This document shows, in pieces, positions 55,891 through 64,000 of a stretch of 64,000 nucleotides of DNA. Under the pieces are notes generated by a model. That model saw nothing but the letters and a program-made list of their open reading frames with translations. It was not told where the DNA came from and ran no database searches. This DNA is from Thermodesulfobacteriota bacterium (lineage in GTDB: Bacteria > Desulfobacterota > WTBG01 > CAIYCZ01 > CAIRTM01). Both the position numbers and the translations under genes were made by a program. Each line of letters starts with the position of its first letter. Within the stretch, counting starts at the first letter, position 1. The stretch is from contig JANQGV010000091.1 of assembly GCA_028282925.1 (NCBI GenBank), positions 4,748-68,747 of the forward strand, written 5' to 3'.

Positions 55891-57252
55891 TCACACCTTT
55901 TTAAGAGACATCTTAATGTTCTTCTGAGCAATCACAAAGAAGATTCCCAGAGCTATATTGATTATTCCCTTTATTAAAAAAACCCAGGCCGGATTCAATT
56001 TGTCAAAAATAACACCGCCGCTGAAAAGAAACAGGATCAGACCGACCTGCGCCACGGTATTCAACCCGCCAAGCACTGAGCCCACAAGTTCCGGCGGAGA
56101 TGCGTCTACCGCCAGCGCATTTGATCCCACAACGGCACCACTTACGCTGCAGCCGATGAGCAACACTCCCAGGATGTTAAAAATACCCGGAAAAGGAGTG
56201 GGCGATGCAGCAACACAAAGAAAGCCGATGCCACCCAGAAACAGGGTCAACATAATGGTAGGCACCCTTCCCCAGCGGTCCAGAAGGATACCGAACACCG
56301 GATACGCAAAAAGGCTGAATGTACCCATAACCATCATGGGAACCGCCCCTTTGAAGGACGCAGCCTCTGAACTCATGCCGTATTCCGGGGCGATAGACAC
56401 TGCCCAGGCAATAAGATAGGTAGCTGTCAGCGTCACATCGACACGGGTGATAAACGCACAGAGATAGCCTGCTTTTATCGCCATGCTTTTTTTAACAACG
56501 AGCAACAGCTCTTTAACACCCTTCTGCTCTTTTGTTTGTTGCGGCAGTCGTTCCCGCAGCCCAACCAGGGTCAAAACCGTCCCGGCCACTGCTATGCAGG
56601 CTGCAATATAAAAAAGCGTTTCCACGCCGCCCTTTTTACCCATGGGCGCAAAAACGGCAAACACAACAAGACTCCCCAGGCCGATCATGGCTCCATTAAG
56701 CGCCAGCCCCTTGCCCCGGTCTTTTTCCTGTGTATAATCCGTTACCATTGTCTTGAATTGCGGATACACCATCACAAGGCTTAAGCCGATGAAAAAGCGG
56801 ATACCGTAGGCGGATATAAGTGCGGGAGAAAAGGGAATGAATTCTTCCTTTGCGGTGCTGAAGCTTAAAGCGGCGCAGACCGTAGCGGAAAAACCGGCCG
56901 GAATATGCAGCAACCGGGCGATTGGTTCAGAATACAAAAATAAGATATAAAAGGCTATCAGCAGCGCAAAGCCGGTAACCGAAAGGGGTTTTCGTCCCCT
57001 TTTGTCGGACATCACGCCGATATAACCGATAAACAGCAGGCTTGCAACCTGGGCCATGCTCTGCAGAGCCCCGTTGATCGAACCGAAATAGGTGTCGGAT
57101 ACCTGTATGATGTCCTTGAGAAAAGCGGGTTGAATAATACCTGGTATGGTAATGAGAATTCCGATCAAAAGGGTATTGAGATACAGAAAAAAGAAGTTTC
57201 TTCTTTTCAGATCCGGCGGCAGGTCGATGCCTGCGAAACGTTTCTTTTCCAC
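55891..57252 (-). CDS. MFS-family transporter
   Basis: 453-aa ORF with about 12 predicted TM helices. Conserved MFS loop motif (GVMSDKRGRKP). Confidence 0.8.
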   Translation of the reverse strand: MEKKRFAGIDLPPDLKRRNFFFLYLNTLLIGILITIPGIIQPAFLKDIIQVSDTYFGSINGALQSMAQVASLLFIGYIGVMSDKRGRKPLSVTGFALLIAFYILFLYSEPIARLLHIPAGFSATVCAALSFSTAKEEFIPFSPALISAYGIRFFIGLSLVMVYPQFKTMVTDYTQEKDRGKGLALNGAMIGLGSLVVFAVFAPMGKKGGVETLFYIAACIAVAGTVLTLVGLRERLPQQTKEQKGVKELLLVVKKSMAIKAGYLCAFITRVDVTLTATYLIAWAVSIAPEYGMSSEAASFKGAVPMMVMGTFSLFAYPVFGILLDRWGRVPTIMLTLFLGGIGFLCVAASPTPFPGIFNILGVLLIGCSVSGAVVGSNALAVDASPPELVGSVLGGLNTVAQVGLILFLFSGGVIFDKLNPAWVFLIKGIINIALGIFFVIAQKNIKMSLKKV

Positions 57253-57362
57253 ACTCCCTCCTTTTAATTGGGGCTATTACAGAATGTCCTCAAGCAACTC
57301 ATCATGACAGCAATGGCCCTAAAACATAAAAGAAAGAAAGTCTTTCATGCCCTGTCATGGGA

Positions 57363-57487
57363 AGACTGTTGGAGAATGTTCTCAGACACAAGGCGCGCGA
57401 TATCCTTTGGAATGAGGCGTACTTGGTTGTACGCCGCAGTGACGAAGGGTGAGCGCAACGCAGTAGATGGACGTTCTCCGGCAGTCT
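57363..57487 (+). repeat. Intergenic structured repeat element, copy A (about 125 bp) with a closing 13-bp terminal stem
   Basis: About 88% identical to 60850-60976. Terminal arms AGACTGTTGGAGA / TCTCCGGCAGTCT. Internal perfect hairpin GGCGTAC-n6-GTACGCC. Confidence 0.6.
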
Positions 57488-57510
57488 CTTAAGGTAAAAA
57501 GCGGCCCCCT

Positions 57511-59466
57511 TTATTCAATTTCTCTCACCGTCTTAAACCCACTCCACACAGCATCCATAATCCGGTCGGGCTTCACACAGTCGCCGATACTGAAAACAGT
57601 GCCGGAAGAATTTTCAAGGGCTTTGCTCAGATCATTTAACGATTGTAAGGGGCCTGCAAAAACAATGCTGTCCGCCTGAATTTTCTTTTCTGATCCATCC
57701 TGCTCGGCCACAACCCCGTCATGATTCAAGCGTAGCGGCACGGTATTGGGCAGAACATCTATTTTAGCATCCTGTACCATATTCATAAGCATGGCATGAT
57801 TGTTATGATCAAAAAGTTCCATGGCCAAATCGTCTGCATCCCGCCTAGTGCTTATGGTCACCTGCTTGCCCATGCGTGTCAGGTACAATGCCGTTTCCGT
57901 ACCCATTATACCGCCACCCATAACAAGAACCTTTTGTCCCTGGGGCTCCATGCCGCTGAGCACCTGGATCGCCGTAAGCACCCTTTCTGTTTTGTCCTCA
58001 AACGGCGGGGCCACCATCACAGCACCGGTTGCAAGGACAACATAATCCGCACCGAAGCTTTGAACATCTTCGGCAGTTGCCCTTTTATGTAATTCAACAC
58101 TAATCTGCAAACGATGGGTACGCTTTGTGAGGTACTCTATATAATCCAGTATATCATGCTTGAAATCCGGCTTTCCGGCCGGCCAGAGATTGCCGCCCAG
58201 CCTGTCGGTGGCCTCCCAGAGGGTAACGTCAAAACCGCGCTCCGCCCCGACACGCGCCGCTTCCATCCCGGCCGGTCCTCCCCCGACAACCAGCAAAGAT
58301 CGCTTCTGCTTAAGCGGGGTCAGCGCCCATTCGATTTCATGTCCGCAGGTCGGGTTCAGCGAGCAGCTTGTCGGCTGTCCCACAATCATTTGCCACTTGC
58401 AGCCCTCATGACATCCCAGGCAGGGACATATCTCATCCGTCCGTCCGCTTGCCACCTTGTTGACCCACTCCGGATCACTCAGAAGTCCTCTGCCCAGAGC
58501 GACAAAGTCGGCCTTACCGTCTGTCAGTGTTTTTTCGGCAGCTTCCGGGTATTGCAACCGCCCTACCGCGATAATCGGAAGCGTACTGATTTTTTTCACT
58601 TTTTCCGCCAGATCAACCATAGTGGCAGGCGGTGCATACATGGGCGGATGCGGCCACCAATGTGTTTCGTAGCATCCCGCATCAACATGCAGGGCGGCAA
58701 CACCCATCTTTTCCAGCTCAACAGCTATCCAGAGTCCTTCTTCCTCTTCCCGGCCCCCTTCCAGGTAGTGCGTTATGCCATAGCGATAAATTATTGGGAA
58801 ATCAGCGCCGGCTTCCTGCTGAATAGCTGCTATTGCTTCGCGGGCAAAGGTGAGTCTTTTTTCCTTAGAGCCGCCGTACCGGTCGGTGCGCCGGTTCCAG
58901 AGACCGGTCATAAACTGGTCCAGCAGATAGCCTTCGTGGCCGTGCAGCTCAACACAGTCCGCCCCGACTTCACGGCACCGTTTCGCGGCAAAGCCGAACG
59001 ACCGGGCAAGGGCCGCGGCTTCATCCGTAGTGATTTCCCTGCACATGGGGAGGATACCATCGGGCATTACCGGCGAATAATGTTTGTTTTCCGAAGCCGA
59101 AACCGGCTTGACCCCCTCGGGCACAACCGGCGGTGGAACAACGCGGCCGAAACCGGCGGTCAGCTGAATACTTAACTTGCAGCCATGCGAATGAAGTGCG
59201 TCCGCAAGCAGGCGCATCGTATCCAGATGCTTGTCGGAAGCAGGATTGAAAAGATCTTTAGAAAAGGGCTCTAGGGCCTGGGACACAAATGTGGCTTCAG
59301 TAGTTATCAGGCCGACACCACCGGCCGCCTTGGCCTTATAATAGGCTCGATAGCGCTCACCCCAACTTCCGTCCGGCTCATGTAACCCGTGAGCACCCAT
59401 TGCCGCCATAACAACCCTATTTTTCACCTCCATTGTGCCGATACGGCCAGGCTTCAATATCATCAT
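57511..59466 (-). CDS. NADH:flavin oxidoreductase (Old Yellow Enzyme family) fused to an FAD/NAD(P)-binding domain; 2,4-dienoyl-CoA reductase / enoate reductase-like
   Basis: 651-aa ORF. OYE TIM barrel (RVVMAAMG...), 4Fe-4S Cys cluster (CPCLGCHEGC), C-terminal GGGPAG dinucleotide-binding motifs. Confidence 0.85.
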   Translation of the reverse strand: MMILKPGRIGTMEVKNRVVMAAMGAHGLHEPDGSWGERYRAYYKAKAAGGVGLITTEATFVSQALEPFSKDLFNPASDKHLDTMRLLADALHSHGCKLSIQLTAGFGRVVPPPVVPEGVKPVSASENKHYSPVMPDGILPMCREITTDEAAALARSFGFAAKRCREVGADCVELHGHEGYLLDQFMTGLWNRRTDRYGGSKEKRLTFAREAIAAIQQEAGADFPIIYRYGITHYLEGGREEEEGLWIAVELEKMGVAALHVDAGCYETHWWPHPPMYAPPATMVDLAEKVKKISTLPIIAVGRLQYPEAAEKTLTDGKADFVALGRGLLSDPEWVNKVASGRTDEICPCLGCHEGCKWQMIVGQPTSCSLNPTCGHEIEWALTPLKQKRSLLVVGGGPAGMEAARVGAERGFDVTLWEATDRLGGNLWPAGKPDFKHDILDYIEYLTKRTHRLQISVELHKRATAEDVQSFGADYVVLATGAVMVAPPFEDKTERVLTAIQVLSGMEPQGQKVLVMGGGIMGTETALYLTRMGKQVTISTRRDADDLAMELFDHNNHAMLMNMVQDAKIDVLPNTVPLRLNHDGVVAEQDGSEKKIQADSIVFAGPLQSLNDLSKALENSSGTVFSIGDCVKPDRIMDAVWSGFKTVREIE

Positions 59467-59532
59467 AGAACATTCTCCTTCCCTGTTAAGCTCTTCATGT
59501 TACATCATCCATTCAATTATTCCGACTATGCT

Positions 59533-59556
59533 GGACGTTCTCCGACAGACTCTAGG
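59533..59556 (+). repeat. Fragment of the intergenic repeat (GGACGTTCTCCGACAGACTCTAGG, matching the 3' end of copies A/B). It is followed at 59559-59581 by a 23-mer shared with 13804-13826.
   Basis: Direct sequence comparison with 57469-57487 and 60953-60976. Confidence 0.5.
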
Positions 59557-59730
59557 CCCAAATCAAGCGAGGATTCGTCGCGAGGGTGCTGGAATGCCAG
59601 GAGATTCAGGCTGCACGGACCGGAAGCCGAAGAATCGTACTTATCTGTACGTTGATGAGGCTGGAGGGAGTACAGCCTGTAGATTCGGGCATTCCGGCAG
59701 CCGCAGTAGAATTCTTCGTTTGTTTTGGGC

Positions 59731-60270
59731 CTACTTTTCCCAGAGGGCATGTTTTATGCCCTTCATAGTATGGTGATACACAATTTTCGTGGGAGTTACC
59801 CTGATCAACCGCAAAACTCCTTTCGGTACCTGGAAAGGCACCCCCATGGCATCGGCCATCTCCTTAAGCACCGGCTCTAAAACTTTCATGCCATGCTCAA
59901 ATTCAGGGGCATCATCGGTAAACACCTCGGCAATACCCCAGATATTAACCCCCCTTGTTTTCAGGGCCTGGGCGCCGGTGCCGATTCCAACAGCGACCTT
60001 ATTGTTCTCTTTCAGATTTTTAAACTTATCCCCGCCTTCGCTGATGATATAGATGGTAAGCCCTTCATTGACATAGTCCACAACAGAGATGCGCGGCACG
60101 GCATCCGCGCTGCAGGTTGCCAGGCTGCAGGGCTGTTTCTTGCTGAGATAATCGATAATCTCTGCTTCCAGCTCCTCCCTGGAGAGATGCCTGCGTTTGA
60201 TATTCATTTTCTCATACGCCTTGTTTATCATCTGCTCACGCTCTTCAGGGGTTAATTCGTGTACCGCCAT
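59731..60270 (-). CDS. Pyridoxamine 5'-phosphate oxidase-related FMN-binding family protein (split-barrel)
   Basis: 179-aa ORF with a PNPOx-like split-barrel pattern (CSLATCSADAVPRISVVDYVNEGLTIYIISEGGDKFKNLKENNKVAV). Confidence 0.55.
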   Translation of the reverse strand: MAVHELTPEEREQMINKAYEKMNIKRRHLSREELEAEIIDYLSKKQPCSLATCSADAVPRISVVDYVNEGLTIYIISEGGDKFKNLKENNKVAVGIGTGAQALKTRGVNIWGIAEVFTDDAPEFEHGMKVLEPVLKEMADAMGVPFQVPKGVLRLIRVTPTKIVYHHTMKGIKHALWEK

Positions 60271-60315
60271 CCTTAAATCTCCTCATAATGCATATACGAC
60301 AATTGACAATCCATT

Positions 60316-60765
60316 CTATTTCACAATAATTTTGCCCTCAAACCGGAAGCCCTCAGACTGAGCACTTGCCGAGGCCGGTGATCGTTCTATAACGTAATCA
60401 AATGTACCGCGCTCGACAAAACAAAGGCTTGCAACGGCGCCATATCGAACAGATTGAGAAACGAAAATACCCTGATCATTAATTAAAAAATTAACCGGGC
60501 TTTTACATGCCAGGGTGACCTTCTTTCCCGGGAAAGATATTTTCACATTGCCCTGGTACTGATTGATCCATACTACGACCGTTCCCGGTGCTATGAACAG
60601 ATTGAGGGGAGACACTCCCTCATAGCCGCGAATTCTGACAACGCTGTGCTTGACATCGACACCCTGAAGCTCTACCACGCCACGATCGGTTTTCCGTTCG
60701 CCCGTCAAAGCTGTACCCCCAAAAGCAAGCAGTGCCGCAATAATGAGTATTATTAATTTGTTCAT
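60316..60765 (-). CDS. Hypothetical secreted protein (149 aa, signal peptide)
   Basis: N-terminal signal peptide (MNKLIILIIAALLAFGGTA). No family I recognise. Confidence 0.5.
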   Translation of the reverse strand: MNKLIILIIAALLAFGGTALTGERKTDRGVVELQGVDVKHSVVRIRGYEGVSPLNLFIAPGTVVVWINQYQGNVKISFPGKKVTLACKSPVNFLINDQGIFVSQSVRYGAVASLCFVERGTFDYVIERSPASASAQSEGFRFEGKIIVK

Positions 60766-60849
60766 TTTGAACCCCAGCTTTGATTATAGAATAACTTTAC
60801 GTTCAATACCGTCTCCTCCTTGGAGCCTGTTTAAATACCCCTGCAAAGG

Positions 60850-60976
60850 GGAGGCTGTTGGAGGAGGTTCAGATACAAGGCGCGCAAAATCCTGAGAAAT
60901 GAGGCGTACTTGCAGGTACGCCGCAGTGACGAAGGATGAGCGCAACGCAGGAGATGGACGTTCTCCGACAGCCTCC
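60850..60976 (+). repeat. Intergenic structured repeat element, copy B (about 127 bp) with a 14-bp terminal stem
   Basis: Terminal arms GGAGGCTGTTGGAG / CTCCGACAGCCTCC. Internal hairpin GGCGTAC-TTGCAG-GTACGCC at 60903-60922. About 88% identical to copy A. Confidence 0.6.
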
Positions 60977-61683
60977 TAGAACAAGAGGGCCAGGATCTTT
61001 TTAGCCTTCTCTGCTCCCAGTTCCTGCTTCAACGGCCCTTCCCCTGGATCATATTCAAGCATGGTGTTAAGCATTGTCTTTTTTCTATTATTGAGTGCCA
61101 TCATATAGTCCGGATCTGCTTTTTGGACGTCGGCCCAGAGCTGTGCATACAGCTTCAAGTAGTCGACCGTGATCTCCAGCGAAGTTTCCTCAATAGAGTC
61201 AACAGAATATTTAAATTTGCCATATGAATAATACGGAGAAAGCATAACGCGCTGCCACACGTAGCGCTCTATACCTGCACCTTCTATATCCCTGTGCCTT
61301 TTCCACAGATCTTCCATCGGCGTAATATATTTCTCCATATAATCCTCATCACAGGCCAGGTCTGCCAGTGGAATAAAATCTACTCGCAGGCTGAGATGAT
61401 TTACGGCCTGAACTAATTCCGAAGTAAACAAGGGAAAGGGGTATTCATCGGTCGGAACAATGGTGGTACCGTGCACTACAATTTTGCCGCCCAGGATCTC
61501 GGTTGTCAGGGATACAATCTTGTCCACCTTGTCTGCACTAAAAATCCGCAGATATTGCGTCATCATCTCTGTTTTTATTTCCTTGAACTCTGTAATATCC
61601 TCTCCGTTATAGGTTGTCATTGGCTGCGGGTCAAATGGCGCAAGAGCTTCATAGATACGTTCATAATATGGAATGGTCTTCAT
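60976..61683 (-). CDS. Hypothetical protein; possibly a ferredoxin-dependent bilin reductase (HY2/PcyA) family-like protein
   Basis: 235-aa ORF. The segment KIVVHGTTIVPTDEYPFPLFTSELV ... DFIPL resembles the PcyA core ([22 protein letters not shown] ... DLSP). The assignment is tentative. Confidence 0.4.
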   Translation of the reverse strand: MKTIPYYERIYEALAPFDPQPMTTYNGEDITEFKEIKTEMMTQYLRIFSADKVDKIVSLTTEILGGKIVVHGTTIVPTDEYPFPLFTSELVQAVNHLSLRVDFIPLADLACDEDYMEKYITPMEDLWKRHRDIEGAGIERYVWQRVMLSPYYSYGKFKYSVDSIEETSLEITVDYLKLYAQLWADVQKADPDYMMALNNRKKTMLNTMLEYDPGEGPLKQELGAEKAKKILALLF

Positions 61684-61726
61684 AGCGTCCTCCCTGTTGT
61701 TTCCTAACGGTATTCTTATATTTATT

Positions 61727-63520
61727 TTATTGCAGTTTTTCTAAAATTGTATTCAGCACATGTTTTGCCAGCATTTTCCCCAGGCGGGGGTCCTCATTGG
61801 GCGGCCGGTACATATCCCACGTTCCGGTATACTGTTCCTGTACCGGACCGTTGGGGTCGGGGGGACCGAGTGTAGGGTCATAGCCAAGATGTCCGTAATC
61901 GCTCATGTCAAATGCCAGCGACGGGTCAAGGTCGGCCCGTTTTTTATCCAAAGGAGTCTGCCTGGGAGGTGGATAAACTCTACCGTCTGAGCAACCCCCC
62001 ATTTCAAAGCAGCATTCCTCGCCGCCACAATCGGTGTCGACCCAGTTCCCCCAGTACTCGTAAAAAGGATGACCGACCTCCGGATACAAAGAGAAGTCAC
62101 CTGTGTCGTAATGCGCCCAGGTTTTTATGCCGATCTCCTTGCCGAACTGATTGGGAACCTCTATCAAGTTCAGATTATTGTCGGCAATATGCTGAGGAAA
62201 TCCAATTACAATGTGTTGCACACCGCGGTCTTTCAGGTACGAGAAAGCCTCCCAATAACGATATCCCCATTCATCACCCGGCAGTTGCTTGTCACTCTCA
62301 TAGAGCCATGCATATCCATATGTTTCCCCTCGCATATCCCGGACCCTTTCCTCAAGCCCGTTCTCGGGGTTTACCTCCTTGATGCCTCCGTAGGCGCCGA
62401 TGATATTGTCCGGGTCCATGTCAGGGTGTCGCTGGAGCAGCAACGCCTTGATGTTCTTATTCAGAATAAGGGTGTCATCAATTTTAGGATCAAAAAATTC
62501 ATTATAGTCATGCAGGGCATGGTTAAAAAGGACCACTGCGGTTGCATTGTCCGGGACCGAGGTGGAAAAAGAGGCTTCCAGGCTTTCCACATGCAGTTGA
62601 GCAAGAACCGGGTCCTCTATAACCGGATTATTGTTACCTTCCAGCGAAAAATGCCGGTCCACATCGGGTGTTTTTTTCGAGTTCGTCCAGTTTACCGGCG
62701 CTGACGGATAGGACTGTTCCATTACATTATTGGGATCATTAACCCACACAAGGGGAATAGACGTTCCGTGGGCTTCGTTCCAGTCTTCCAGTGCCCGCTT
62801 TGTCATCTGAATAACATCAAATGTTTTAGAAAAACGGACTCCCCCGGTCGTCGTATCTACCATAACGATACTGGACACACCTTTTTTGAGCAGTCGTTCA
62901 ACCGGACCGTCTACATTATAGCGCTCGGGGTCGCAATCCTCCCATGGCCCGTCAGGCTCATTCTCTCCACAGTACGTACACCCGGCCAGACCAATGAGCG
63001 GCGGAATGCCGGTCAAAAGATTGGGAACAGTGTACAGATAGCGGGGATACGGATAATGGTCCACCTCTTCTGCTCCCATATACCCGACCCAGTCCACCTC
63101 AAACTCATAACCATACGTATTGTTGTCCAGTTCAGATGTCAGGTCGTCAAGCTGTTTTACACTTATATCAGGATAAGGATCACTGCCTCCCATGCGCTCA
63201 TATCCGAACTCGTACATAATCAGAAACCTTTTCGCGAAGTCGGTTGTCTCCCGGTCTAAAATCATCGACCAGAAAAAGGGGTTCCAGATAACAAAGTTAT
63301 AGATTGAGTGGTTGTTGTCATAGGAAAACTGATGAACTACTGCATCCCACATATATTGCGGCTTATAATACTTCATGCCTCCATGCTGGACATACAGCAC
63401 CCCGATTTTATTTTCATCAATCGGCACATCATCACCCTTGTCACAGGCGATGGGCAGCAGGAACAAAAAAACAGCTGTTACGAGAATAATTCGTCGAAGG
63501 TTTGCGTTTTTATTATTCAT
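61727..63520 (-). CDS. Lipoprotein of unknown function with a CbiX-like N-terminal segment (KIGVLYVQHGG); distant paralog of the 776-aa protein
   Basis: 597-aa ORF with a signal peptide and lipobox (LLPIAC). N-terminal NKIGVLYVQHGG vs NEKIGILFMGSG in 47321-49651. Rich in Trp, Tyr, Asp and Pro. Confidence 0.65.
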   Translation of the reverse strand: MNNKNANLRRIILVTAVFLFLLPIACDKGDDVPIDENKIGVLYVQHGGMKYYKPQYMWDAVVHQFSYDNNHSIYNFVIWNPFFWSMILDRETTDFAKRFLIMYEFGYERMGGSDPYPDISVKQLDDLTSELDNNTYGYEFEVDWVGYMGAEEVDHYPYPRYLYTVPNLLTGIPPLIGLAGCTYCGENEPDGPWEDCDPERYNVDGPVERLLKKGVSSIVMVDTTTGGVRFSKTFDVIQMTKRALEDWNEAHGTSIPLVWVNDPNNVMEQSYPSAPVNWTNSKKTPDVDRHFSLEGNNNPVIEDPVLAQLHVESLEASFSTSVPDNATAVVLFNHALHDYNEFFDPKIDDTLILNKNIKALLLQRHPDMDPDNIIGAYGGIKEVNPENGLEERVRDMRGETYGYAWLYESDKQLPGDEWGYRYWEAFSYLKDRGVQHIVIGFPQHIADNNLNLIEVPNQFGKEIGIKTWAHYDTGDFSLYPEVGHPFYEYWGNWVDTDCGGEECCFEMGGCSDGRVYPPPRQTPLDKKRADLDPSLAFDMSDYGHLGYDPTLGPPDPNGPVQEQYTGTWDMYRPPNEDPRLGKMLAKHVLNTILEKLQ

Positions 63521-63553
63521 AGTGGTCTCATTCCTTAAAAGGGGTTAACACAC

Positions 63554-64000
63554 TTAAAAATCAGCAAGCCCGAACTCTTCCATGTCATAGCTGAAACCGG
63601 AGCTGATCACCCAGGAATCACCGCCGTCTCCTGTTTGGGCAATTGTGCCCCGGGCGCCGACAAGCATGCCGTGTTTATCATCAACAAAGGAGATTTCCCG
63701 CAACCAGAACTTGGTTGTTAACGACCTGTCCTTTGCTGTCCAAGTGGCACCACCGTCATGGGACATTAAGCAAACCCCTTTATTCCCGACAATCCATCCT
63801 TTTTGACCTTTAATGACAATTGAGTACAGGGGTTTATCTGTAGCCCTGGTCAACAGTGACCATGTCTGCCCGCCATCATCCGTTTTCACAATAACGCCAT
63901 CCATACCGACACACCACCCTTGCCTTCTGTCCAGAAAATAAATGCCGTACAGCGCGGGAAGGGGTCTGTCCCAGTCTGCATCTTTCACAACATCGTTAAG
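63554..64000 (-). CDS. BNR-repeat / Ycf48-like beta-propeller protein (partial; the N-terminus probably lies beyond the window end)
   Basis: Repeated BNR-like motifs (TDDGGQTWS, SHDGGATWT, TGDGGDSWV). Confidence 0.55.
   Translation of the reverse strand, partial: LNDVVKDADWDRPLPALYGIYFLDRRQGWCVGMDGVIVKTDDGGQTWSLLTRATDKPLYSIVIKGQKGWIVGNKGVCLMSHDGGATWTAKDRSLTTKFWLREISFVDDKHGMLVGARGTIAQTGDGGDSWVISSGFSYDMEEFGLADF

Noticed and set aside
58114-59175. 353-aa plus-strand ORF inside the OYE reductase gene
   Set aside because: Antisense artefact of a GC-rich gene. The OYE/FAD reading on the minus strand is unambiguous.

Overview
This is a 64-kb chromosomal window, about 55% GC, that looks deltaproteobacterial (Desulfobacterales-like) by gene content; that placement is inference only. 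From start to end it contains: (1) A minus-strand 2-oxoacid (acetoin/pyruvate-type) dehydrogenase operon, E1alpha-E1beta-E2, with a second lipoyl-protein gene beginning at the window edge. This is followed by two MaoC/hotdog dehydratase genes and an acyl-CoA dehydrogenase. (2) cutA, a SPOR-domain protein and argS on the minus strand. (3) An RND efflux pair (membrane fusion protein plus AcrB-like permease) on the plus strand. (4) An ECF sigma factor and a zinc-finger anti-sigma factor on the plus strand. (5) The dominant feature: three tandem, same-strand giant paralogous genes of about 7.1 to 7.7 kb, encoding 2376, about 2560 and about 2562 aa. Each encodes a signal peptide, a Pmp-like GGxI/FxxN parallel beta-helix, two NHL beta-propellers, tandem legumain-like (peptidase C13, clan CD) domains (one catalytically intact, one dead), a PPC domain, a CarboxypepD_reg-like domain, a Thr-rich mucin-like linker, an Ig-like domain and a conserved C-terminal domain of about 130 aa with no family I recognise. 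The middle paralog carries a 1-nt frameshift near its 5' end. (6) Immediately upstream on the same strand is a tight three-gene operon: a TPR-CHAT (caspase-like) lipoprotein, a TPR/CsgG-LpoB-like lipoprotein and a FadL-family outer-membrane beta-barrel. A glutaminyl cyclase and a large secreted protein with an FN3-like C-terminus are transcribed divergently from it. (7) A corrinoid-dependent methyltransferase locus: TetR regulator with duplicated operators, corrinoid protein, a non-pyrrolysine MttB-family methyltransferase, an MtrH-like methylcorrinoid:pterin methyltransferase and a RACo-type reductive activator. (8) An MFS transporter, an OYE/2,4-dienoyl-CoA-reductase-like flavoenzyme, a PNPOx-like protein, a possible HY2-family bilin-reductase-like protein, a CbiX-like lipoprotein and a partial BNR/Ycf48-like gene. 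Three intergenic spacers in this last region contain copies or fragments of a roughly 125-bp structured repeat. I found no CRISPR array, rRNA, tRNA, transposase or integrase. The most plausible undescribed system is the CHAT protease / lipoprotein / FadL-like OMP operon together with the three giant clan-CD-protease-bearing surface proteins and the adjacent ECF sigma/anti-sigma pair.
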